Positions 19,839-29,994 of a stretch of DNA of 32,000 bases are shown piece after piece. This stretch comes from Alkalilimnicola ehrlichii MLHE-1 (lineage in GTDB: Bacteria; Pseudomonadota; Gammaproteobacteria; Nitrococcales; Halorhodospiraceae): the NCBI RefSeq assembly GCF_000014785.1, contig NC_008340.1:1020001-1052000 (forward strand), in the 5' to 3' direction. Position numbers and translations under genes: made by a program. The stretch's first letter is position 1. Every line of letters begins with the position of its first letter. The notes under the pieces are model-generated. The model was not told where the DNA came from and made no database searches. It saw nothing but the letters and a program-made list of their open reading frames with translations.

Positions 19839-19869
19839 CGGCCCGCCCTGTCCGGGGTGGTTCGGACAA

Positions 19870-19899
19870 GGGCGCCCCCGGCGGATCACAGGGGCGCCC
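19870..19899. promoter_or_regulatory. Intercistronic 9-bp GC hairpin between TAXI binding-protein and TRAP permease genes
   Basis: GGGCGCCCC (19870-19878) and GGGGCGCCC (19891-19899), with a further TGTCCG/CGGACA pair at 19849-19854/19863-19868 near the permease start. Confidence 0.45.
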
Positions 19900-19926
19900 C
19901 ACGACCGGGGTCAGGCCCTCACGGCC

Positions 19927-20961
19927 TTACCGGTAGACCCAGTCATCCCACGCCTCGTCCCAGGCGTCGTTCTCCTGCAGGAAGCGGGCAAGCCCCGGGT
20001 GGACCGGTACACTGCCGCCGCTGGCGGCCACCCCGCGGCGCTGCAGCTCGACCATATCCTCATCCACCTGGGCGAAGGCGGCATTGGCGGCGCGCAGCTC
20101 CTCGGACTTGGCCTGGATGATGGTGAGCATCTCGTACAGGTCCTCTTCCGGGACCTCCGGGCCGAGGTGGAAGCCGTAGAAGAAGGGTACGAAATGGGCC
20201 TCGTCAACGCCAATATCGGTATCGAAGCGCTCCGCCGGCACGGCCACCACCTCCATGCCCGCCGCCTCGATCTGGGCCCGCTCTTCATCGGTGGGGTTGA
20301 GGATGGCGGTATCCACCGACAGCATGGCCTCGTTGACCCAGGGGGCGACGCTGGTCTGCCCACTGGTGTAGGCGATGAAGGCGTCGATGGTGCCCTCGTT
20401 GAGCGAGGAACCCGCGATGCTCAGGTCAATCTCGGTGTAGTCATGGCCCACGTCCACGGCGGCCATGGCCCGTTCAAGTTGGGCGCGGACGTCCCACGGG
20501 GCGGGGCCGGTGAACACGGGGGCACCGGCCAGCCCCCCCCAGCCGTCGTACTCGTCCAGGTCGTCGGCGCGGACCGCCAGGCCCACCTCCATGGTGTAGG
20601 CCCAGAAGGACTGGACCGGCTCGCGCTCCATATGGGCGCGGAAATCCCGGAACCGGCCCGAGTCGTCGGCGAGTTCGGCGAAGGCCACGTCCGCACCGTA
20701 GTAGCCGTCAAACTCGCCCAGGGCGTAGCCGCGCACGGAGGCGACGGCGCCGGCGGTGGGCAAGACCGTGATGTTGTAACCGCTCCATTCGCGATTGAGG
20801 ATGGTCATCAGGTCCACTTTCACCGCGTAGCCGGTGGAACCGGTGGCGGAGGTGGCCCAGCGTAGCTGGGTGACCTCCTGGGCCATGGCCGCAGAGGGCA
20901 GACCGGCTATCAAGGCCAACGCGCCGGCGGCGGTGGCCGCTTTCAGGGTGCGACAGATCAT
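19927..20961 (-). CDS. TAXI family TRAP transporter solute-binding subunit
   Basis: Signal peptide then LRWATSATGSTGYAVKVDLMTILN, GEFDGYYGADVAFAEL, VAVPAERF, upstream of the fused permease. Confidence 0.9.
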   Translation of the reverse strand: MICRTLKAATAAGALALIAGLPSAAMAQEVTQLRWATSATGSTGYAVKVDLMTILNREWSGYNITVLPTAGAVASVRGYALGEFDGYYGADVAFAELADDSGRFRDFRAHMEREPVQSFWAYTMEVGLAVRADDLDEYDGWGGLAGAPVFTGPAPWDVRAQLERAMAAVDVGHDYTEIDLSIAGSSLNEGTIDAFIAYTSGQTSVAPWVNEAMLSVDTAILNPTDEERAQIEAAGMEVVAVPAERFDTDIGVDEAHFVPFFYGFHLGPEVPEEDLYEMLTIIQAKSEELRAANAAFAQVDEDMVELQRRGVAASGGSVPVHPGLARFLQENDAWDEAWDDWVYR

Positions 20962-21133
20962 CGGCTCTCCTCCCTTACATCCATTGTTCGGATCCCCTGC
21001 GTTCCCTTCCCGGGTTGCGGCAGGCGTGCATCGCGCCCACCTTTTCGGTTGTCATTGAACTGAGTGTTGTATGCGCCCGGTATCCGGTCAAGGCGGGCGT
21101 TTCGCAAGCGCAGCAAATCGGGGGAAGGGGGGG

Positions 21134-22384
21134 TCAGTCAGATCGGGATCGAACCGTTGTCAACGCCTCCGGATCGCGGGTCTGGGTGACCACGTCCATG
21201 ATGCGGTCGGCCCATTGCAGGGCCTCCAGGTAGGCCCCGGGGTAGCGCCGTCCGTCGGCGTCGTCCGTTTCCAGGGCCTGCCAGTGGCCTTGCTCATAAT
21301 CGCAAACCCGCTGCAGCAGGGCGCCGATGGCCCCCTCACGGTTGAGCAGGGCGCGTTCGATCGCCTGGGTCAGCGGCAGGGCCTGGACCAGCTCCGCCAT
21401 GGGCTGGTTCATCAGGGTGTCCAACAGCGAGAGCAGCCCGGCGGTGAAACAGGCCTCGGGGTTGGCGATGCCCGACTCCCGAGCCAGCAGCTCACACATG
21501 CGCGCCCGGGCCAGGGCGATGCGGCACAGCTCCGGCGGCTTGTCCTCCACCGCCGAGAGGGTGATCAGGATGATCCAGGTGCGCACGGTGCGGGTGCCCA
21601 GCAGGAGCAGCGCATTGTGCAGGGACTCGATGGGCCCGCGGGAGACCGCGGCCGAGTTGGCGCAGCGCAGCAGCCGGTAGACCAGCACCTGGTCCCGGGC
21701 GATCAACCGCTCCAGTTCCTGCAGGTCCGCGTCCGGGTCGTTGAGTTTGGCGAGCAGCGGCAGCAGCCCGACTTTGCTGCTGGCATGGCGCTGACCGGAG
21801 ACCAGGTTCGGACGGCTGAAGTAATAGCCCTGGAAGAAATCGAACCCCAGGTCGAGGCAAAGCTGGAACTGACGGTCGGTCTCGACCTTCTCGGCGAGGA
21901 GCTGCAGATCGAACTCCCGCAGGCGGCGGACCACCCGGGTCAGCGCCTCTGTAGAGGTGTCGTTGACCTCCAGTTTTACCAGGTCGGCACAGGCCAGGGC
22001 GGGTTCGTTCTCCGGCTGGTAGTCGAAGTCGTCCAGCACGATGACATAGCCCCGGTCGGAGAGGCTGCGCAGCCCGGCGAGCACCTGCTCGTCATCCAGC
22101 GCGACATCCTCCAGCACCTCCAATGCCACCTGATCGGGTGGGATGGGGAGTTCCAGCTCGCCGATCAGGTAGGGGCGGGTCAGGTTGATAAAGGCGGGCA
22201 CGTCACCGACCAGCCGCTCCAGCCCGAAATCCGTGAAGGTGTTGACCAGCAACTGCCCGGTGGCCTGATCCCCGTCGACCACATCAGCCCGATCCCGGGC
22301 GCCAGCGCGGTAAAGCAGTTCGTAGGCGACAACCTCCAATTCCCGGTTATAAATGGGTTGTCGCGCGAGAAAAATAGTGTCCAC
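21134..22384 (-). CDS. EAL + HDOD domain signalling protein (YuxH/CdgJ-like); GTG start at 22384 proposed
   Basis: FLARQPIYNRELEVVAYELLYRAG, ALEVLEDV, LLAEKVETDRQFQLCLDLGFDFFQGYYFSRP (EAL-like), then LVYRLLRCANSAAVSRGPIESLHNALLLLGTRTVRTWI (HDOD). The ORF continues to 22663 only by reading into repeat DNA. Confidence 0.88.
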   Translation of the reverse strand: MDTIFLARQPIYNRELEVVAYELLYRAGARDRADVVDGDQATGQLLVNTFTDFGLERLVGDVPAFINLTRPYLIGELELPIPPDQVALEVLEDVALDDEQVLAGLRSLSDRGYVIVLDDFDYQPENEPALACADLVKLEVNDTSTEALTRVVRRLREFDLQLLAEKVETDRQFQLCLDLGFDFFQGYYFSRPNLVSGQRHASSKVGLLPLLAKLNDPDADLQELERLIARDQVLVYRLLRCANSAAVSRGPIESLHNALLLLGTRTVRTWIILITLSAVEDKPPELCRIALARARMCELLARESGIANPEACFTAGLLSLLDTLMNQPMAELVQALPLTQAIERALLNREGAIGALLQRVCDYEQGHWQALETDDADGRRYPGAYLEALQWADRIMDVVTQTRDPEALTTVRSRSD

Positions 22385-22470
22385 GGGGGGAGGGTCCTTG
22401 CCTGCTTTCGATGGCCGCGCAATGGGCCTCAGTATCGTATAGATCGAATGCCTTTCAAAGGTATTGCCAC

Positions 22471-23589
22471 CGTCTTCGCGAGGGCCGAAGGCTTCCCCAC
22501 CGTCATCGCGAGGGCCGCAGGCTTCCCCACCGTCATCGCGAGGGCCGCAGGCCCGCGGCGATCCATGCGGCGTGTGGACTGCCGCGTCGCTCCGCTCCTC
22601 GCAGTGACGTGGGGGGTGGACCCACCCCGTCATCGCGAGGGCCGCGGGCCCGCGGCGATCCATGCGGCGTGTGGACTGCCACGTCGCTCCGCTCCTCGCA
22701 GTGACGTGGGGGGTGGACCCACCCCGTCATCGCGAGGGCCGCAGGCCCGCGGCGATCCATGCGGCGTGTGGACTGCCGCGTCGCTCCGCTCCTCGCAGTG
22801 ACGTGGGGGGTGGACCCACCCCGTCATCGCGAGGGCCGCAGGCCCGCGGCGATCCATGCGGCGGGTGGACTGCCACGTCGCTCCGCTCCTCGCAGTGACG
22901 TGGGGGGTGCCCCCACCCCGTCATCGCGAGGGCCGCGGGCCCGCGGCGATCCATGCGGCGTGTGGACTGCCGCGTCGCTCCGCTCCTCGCAGTGACGTGG
23001 GGGTGCCTCCACCCCGTCATCGCGAGGGCCGCAGGCCCGCGGCGATCCATGCGGCGTGCGGACTGCCGCGTCGCTCCGCTCCTCGCAGTGACGTGGGGGT
23101 GCCCCCACCCCGTCATCGCGAGGGCCGCAGGCCCGTGGCGATCCATGCGGCGGGTGGACTGCCACGTCGCTTCGCTCCTCGCAGTGACGTGGGGGTGCCC
23201 CCACCCCGTCATCGCGAGGGCCGCAGGCCCGCGGCGATCCATGCGGCGTGTGGACTGCCGCGTCGCTTCGCTCCTCGCAGTGACGTGGGGGTGCCCCACC
23301 CCGTCATCGCGAGGGCCGCAGGCCCGCGGCGATCCATGCGGCGTGTGGACTGCCACGTCGCTCCGCTCCTCGCAGTGACGTGGGGGTGCCCCACCCCGTC
23401 ATCGCGAGGGCCGCAGGCCCGCGGCGATCCATGTGGCGGGTGGACTGCCGCGTCGCTTCGCTCCTCGCAGTGACGTGGGGGGTGCCCCCACCCCGTCATC
23501 GCGAGGGCCGCAGGCCCGCGGCGATCCATGCGGCGGGTGGACTGCCGCGTCGCTTCGCTCCTCGCAGTAACGTGGGCGGTGCGCCCGCA
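22471..23589. repeat. Tandem palindromic repeat array: two 30-bp truncated copies (22471, 22501) and eleven 79-bp cores starting at 22531, 22628, 22725, 22822, 22919, 23015, 23111, 23207, 23302, 23397 and 23494
   Basis: Core CGTCATCGCGAGGGCCGCAGGCCCGCGGCGATCCATGCGGCGTGTGGACTGCCGCGTCGCTCCGCTCCTCGCAGTGACG with few substitutions, start-to-start period 95-97 bp, separated by 16-18 bp palindromic G/C-run spacers. Confidence 0.97.
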
Positions 23590-23594
23590 GGGGG

Positions 23595-25319
23595 TCAGCC
23601 GCGCCCGAGTTTCAGGCCGACTTTGAGGATGCGGTTGCCCTCCATCTCCCGCACGGTGAACTGAAGGTGATCGAGGCGCACCCGGTCGCCCACCACCGCC
23701 TTGCCGCGGAACAGGTGGAGCAGGTACTCATCCAATGACTGCCCCGGGTCGACCCCCGGTGGCAGGTTGAAGCCGTAGACCGCCGCCAGGTCGCCCAGCC
23801 GCGTCTCGCCGTCCAGGGTGAATTCCCCGAAGAAGCGCTGCTCCTCCAGGTAGGCCGGCCCGGCCGGGGCGACGAACATGCGGTCGAGGAGGGGTAGATC
23901 GTCCGGCAGGCTGAGCAGGTAGACCTGATCGCCGGGCTGGAGGATGTCGCCGTCCTCTTCGCGTACCGGCGCCCCCTGCCGGAACAGGGTGAGGACCTGG
24001 GCGCTGTCCGGCAGCCGCAGGTTGTGCAGCGGCTTGAACAGGGCGGGGCTGTCGGACTTGACTCGATAGGAGACGAACTCGTAGTCCGCCTGCTGTGGTA
24101 CGTCCAGTTCCACCCGTTCCGTCTGGCCGGAGTCCGGGGGCAGTTCCAGGCCCAGCAGTCGGGCGGCGGGCGCGATGGTCCAGCCCTGCACTACCAGCGA
24201 CAGCAGCACCACGAAGAAGGCCACGTTGAAGAATTGTTCGGCCCCCGCCAGCCCCGCCACCAGCGGGAAGATGCCCAGGATGATGGGCACCGCGCCGCGC
24301 AGGCCCACCCAGGCGATGAACAACTGCTCCCGCCAGGGGAAGCGAAAGGGGGCCAGACAGGTGAAGACCGCCAGCGGCCGGGCCACCAAAATGAGGGCCA
24401 CGCCGACGATGGCCGCCTTCGGGGCCACTGGCAGCAGCTCCGAGGGGGTGACCAGCACGCCGAGCATGACGAACATGGTGATCTGCGACAGCCAGGCCAT
24501 GCCGTCGTTGAAGCGCTGGATGTTCTGTGCGGCCTGGATCCGGCGGTTGCCCACGATCAGGCCGGCCAGATAGACCGCCAGAAAACCGCTGCCGCCAGCC
24601 ACCCCGGTCGCACCGAAGACCACCAGCCCCCCGCCCAGGGCGAGCAGCGGGTACAGCCCCGGGGTCAGCGACAGGCCGTTGATGGTGTAGGCGAGCAGAA
24701 AGCCCCCGAGCACCCCTATTAAGGCCCCCAGCCCCATCTGCTGGACGAACTCCAGCGCCATGCCCCAGCCGATGCTGGTGTGCTGGCCCATGAGCAGCTC
24801 GATCAGGGCCACTGTCAGGAAGATGGCCATGGGGTCGTTGCTGCCGGATTCGATCTCCAGGGTGGCGGCGACACGCTGTTTCAGCTCCAGCCCCTTGGAG
24901 TGGAGCAGCGAGAACACCGCTGCGGCGTCGGTGGAGCCGACGATGGCCCCGATCAGGGCCGCCTCCAACCAGCCCAGGCCGAGGGCGTAGCGGGCCACCA
25001 GGCCGGTCAGGCCGGCGGTGATCACCACCCCCACGGTGGCCAGCACCACCGCCGGGCGCAGGCCGACGCGGAAGCTGCTGGTACGGGTGCGCAGGCCGCC
25101 GTCAAACAGGATGACCGCCAGCGCCAGGCTGCCGATGAGATGGGCGGTCTGGAAGTCGTCGAAGTAGAGCCCACCCAGACCCTCCTCGCCCAGCAGCATG
25201 CCGATCACCAGGAAGACCAACAACAGCGGAGCGCCTATCCTGTTGGATATGACGCTGGCCATGACGCTGACCAGCAGCAGCAGGCTGCCGAAGAATATGA
25301 CCTGGCTGGTAAAGTCCAA
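23595..25319 (-). CDS. Potassium/proton antiporter, CvrA/NhaP2-like, with C-terminal TrkA-C and CorC-HlyC-like regions
   Basis: GAPLLLVFLVIGMLLGEEGLGG, LFDGGLRT, GSTDAAAVFSLL, WVGLRGAVPIILGIFPLVAG, then soluble YEFVSYRVKSDSPALFKPLHNLRLPDSAQVLTLFRQGAPV. Confidence 0.9.
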   Translation of the reverse strand: MDFTSQVIFFGSLLLLVSVMASVISNRIGAPLLLVFLVIGMLLGEEGLGGLYFDDFQTAHLIGSLALAVILFDGGLRTRTSSFRVGLRPAVVLATVGVVITAGLTGLVARYALGLGWLEAALIGAIVGSTDAAAVFSLLHSKGLELKQRVAATLEIESGSNDPMAIFLTVALIELLMGQHTSIGWGMALEFVQQMGLGALIGVLGGFLLAYTINGLSLTPGLYPLLALGGGLVVFGATGVAGGSGFLAVYLAGLIVGNRRIQAAQNIQRFNDGMAWLSQITMFVMLGVLVTPSELLPVAPKAAIVGVALILVARPLAVFTCLAPFRFPWREQLFIAWVGLRGAVPIILGIFPLVAGLAGAEQFFNVAFFVVLLSLVVQGWTIAPAARLLGLELPPDSGQTERVELDVPQQADYEFVSYRVKSDSPALFKPLHNLRLPDSAQVLTLFRQGAPVREEDGDILQPGDQVYLLSLPDDLPLLDRMFVAPAGPAYLEEQRFFGEFTLDGETRLGDLAAVYGFNLPPGVDPGQSLDEYLLHLFRGKAVVGDRVRLDHLQFTVREMEGNRILKVGLKLGRG

Positions 25320-25467
25320 GGATGCCTTCCGTATCGGGGTGCATGGTGCGACACGAGACCGCAGTTTAACGTAAGCCGCGGCCGGTTGTGGCTGCCAATG
25401 GCAACGCGCTGCGGTATCCTGAGCGCCCTTCAGATGTTACCGGGCGGACCGGACAGGGAGTATCGGC

Positions 25468-26097
25468 ATGGCGTTACGCTCAGCCCACAAACTGATCGCT
25501 TTCATGCTTTTCGTGATTTTCGCCGTCCTGTTGGTCGTCGGCGCCAAGGCCGTCGGCGGTGAACGGGATGATCAGGACAGCCAGCACGCGCAAATGGAGA
25601 CCCCCATGGTTGTATTCGAGACCAGCCACGGCAACCTCACCCTGGAACTCTTTCCGGACGAGGCCCCCATCACCGTTGAGAATTTCCTGCAGTACGTGGA
25701 TGACGGGTTCTACGACGGCACCATCTTCCACCGGGTTATCCCCGGTTTCGTGGTGCAGGGTGGCGGTTTCGACGAGGAGTTCCGGCAGAAGGAGACCCGT
25801 GCCCCGATCAAGAACGAGGCCGATAACGGCCTGCGGAACGAACGCGGCACGCTGTCGATGGCCCGGACCCAGCAGAAAGACAGCGCCACCTCCCAGTTCT
25901 TCATCAACCTGGCCGACAACGCCTTTCTCGACCACGGTACCCGCGACTTCGGTTACGCCGTCTTCGCCCGGGTGGCCGAGGGCATGGAGGTGGTCGACAA
26001 GATCGCCCAAGTGCGCACCGGCAACCGGGGTATGCACCAGGACGTCCCGGTGGAGGATATCGTGGTCAAGCGGGCCTACCGCCAGGGCGACGACTAA
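25468..26097 (+). CDS. Cyclophilin-type peptidyl-prolyl cis-trans isomerase with N-terminal membrane/signal segment
   Basis: N-terminal [20 protein letters not shown]; [49 protein letters not shown]; [15 protein letters not shown]. Confidence 0.92.
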   Translation: MALRSAHKLIAFMLFVIFAVLLVVGAKAVGGERDDQDSQHAQMETPMVVFETSHGNLTLELFPDEAPITVENFLQYVDDGFYDGTIFHRVIPGFVVQGGGFDEEFRQKETRAPIKNEADNGLRNERGTLSMARTQQKDSATSQFFINLADNAFLDHGTRDFGYAVFARVAEGMEVVDKIAQVRTGNRGMHQDVPVEDIVVKRAYRQGDD

Positions 26098-26131
26098 CCC
26101 CACCAGCCAGCGCAGGCGCACCCCGCTCCTG

Positions 26132-26140
26132 TGCTAGAAT
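26132..26140 (+). promoter_or_regulatory. Candidate extended -10 promoter for gyrA (TGcTAGAAT)
   Basis: TGCTAGAAT about 100 bp upstream of the gyrA ATG at 26242. The -35 position (GCAGGC at 17-bp spacing) is weak. Confidence 0.4.
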
Positions 26141-26241
26141 GACCGCCTTTACGCGGGCGCCCGGCGCGCCCCGGTCCCGGTGCGGGGCGGGGCGCGTCGT
26201 CGTGCGTCTCAGATCGTTTTTGCAGCGAGTCGAGATCCCGG

Positions 26242-28830
<2,589 letters not shown>

Positions 28831-28900
28831 GCCCGGTGCCCCCCGGCGGGGCGCCGCCGCCGGGGGCATAGACAATCCAGAGTAAACAGGAGAACGCCGA

Positions 28901-29983
28901 ATGTCCCGTGTGTACAACTTCAGTGCCGGTCCGGCCATGCTGCCGGAGGAGGTTCTGCGTCAGGCCAGGGACGAGATGCTCGACTGGCAGGGCTCCGGCA
29001 TGTGCGTGATGGAGATGAGCCACCGCGGCAAGGAGTTCGTCAGCATCGCCGAGCGCGCCGAGGCCGACCTGCGGGAGCTGATGAACATCCCCGACAATTA
29101 CAAGGTGCTGTTTCTCCAGGGCGGGGCCACGGGCATGTTCTCCGCAGTTCCGCTCAATCTCCTGCGGGGCCGGACGCGGGCGGATTACGTCAACACCGGG
29201 GCCTGGTCCAAGAAGGCGATCGCCGAGGCGGGCAAGTATTGCCAGGTCAACGTCGCCGCCAGCGGTGAGGCCAGCCAGTTCATGAGCATCCCGCCGCGCA
29301 GCGCCTGGCAGCTCTCGGACGACGCCGCCTACCTGCACTACACCCCCAACGAGACCATCAGCGGGGTGGAGTTCCACCAGGTGCCGGAGGTGGGTGAAAC
29401 CCCACTGGTGGCGGACATGTCCTCCACCATCCTCTCCCGCCCGGTGGACGTCTCCCGGTTCGGGCTCATCTACGCCGGCGCGCAGAAGAACATCGGGCCA
29501 GCCGGCATTACCGTGGTCATTGTCCGCGAGGATTTGATCGGCGAGGCCCGTGCCGACACGCCCATGGTCTGGGACTTCGCCAAGCAGGCGGAGGCCGACT
29601 CCATGCTCAACACCCCGCCCACTTATGGGCTCTACCTGGCCGGCCTGGTGTTCCAGTGGCTCAAGCGCCAGGGCGGCCTGGAGGGCATGGCCGAGATCAA
29701 CCGGCGCAAGGCGGAGAAGCTCTACCGCGCCATCGATGACTCGGACTTCTACAGCAACCCGGTGGACCCGGACTGCCGGTCCTGGATGAACGTGCCCTTC
29801 GTGCTGGCCAAGCCGGCGCTGGACGCCACCTTCCTGGAAGAGGCCAAGCGCCAGGGCCTGACCACCCTCAAGGGCCACCGCTCGGTGGGCGGCATGCGCG
29901 CCAGCATCTACAACGCCATGCCCGAGGCCGGGGTGGACAAGCTCATCGACTTCATGCGCGACTTCGAACAGCGCAACGCCTGA
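28901..29983 (+). CDS. serC: Phosphoserine aminotransferase
   Basis: YNFSAGPAMLPEEVLRQARDEMLDWQGSGMCVMEMSHRGKEF; LIYAGAQKNIGPAGITVVIVREDL (PLP Lys); C-terminal VGGMRASIYNAMPEAGVDKLIDFM. Confidence 0.98.
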   Translation: MSRVYNFSAGPAMLPEEVLRQARDEMLDWQGSGMCVMEMSHRGKEFVSIAERAEADLRELMNIPDNYKVLFLQGGATGMFSAVPLNLLRGRTRADYVNTGAWSKKAIAEAGKYCQVNVAASGEASQFMSIPPRSAWQLSDDAAYLHYTPNETISGVEFHQVPEVGETPLVADMSSTILSRPVDVSRFGLIYAGAQKNIGPAGITVVIVREDLIGEARADTPMVWDFAKQAEADSMLNTPPTYGLYLAGLVFQWLKRQGGLEGMAEINRRKAEKLYRAIDDSDFYSNPVDPDCRSWMNVPFVLAKPALDATFLEEAKRQGLTTLKGHRSVGGMRASIYNAMPEAGVDKLIDFMRDFEQRNA

Positions 29984-29994
29984 GGAGGTGAGTC

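Noticed and set aside
21074-21113. Possible terminator hairpin CGCCCG...CGGGCG downstream of the EAL/HDOD gene
   Set aside because: The stem is only 6 bp with a 15-nt loop, and no T-tract follows on the relevant strand. Too weak to list.
21071-22801. 576-aa plus-strand ORF over the EAL/HDOD gene and repeats
   Set aside because: Antisense frame of the EAL/HDOD gene continuing into repeat DNA. Low-complexity LQLVHQG/AQPGEHL-type composition.
22727-23473. Long repeat-spanning ORFs (e.g. 22727..23356 -, 22856..23473 +, 22953..23378 +) as tandem-repeat proteins
   Set aside because: They appear in several frames on both strands. They follow from a ~96-bp period (divisible by 3) in stop-poor GC-rich DNA. 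Steps of 97 and 95 bp break frame, and no RBS or conserved start is evident.
22471-23589. CRISPR array
   Set aside because: Repeat units are 79 bp and palindromic. Spacers are 16-18 bp, near-identical and low-complexity, not unique 30-40 bp protospacer-like sequences, and no cas genes are in the window.
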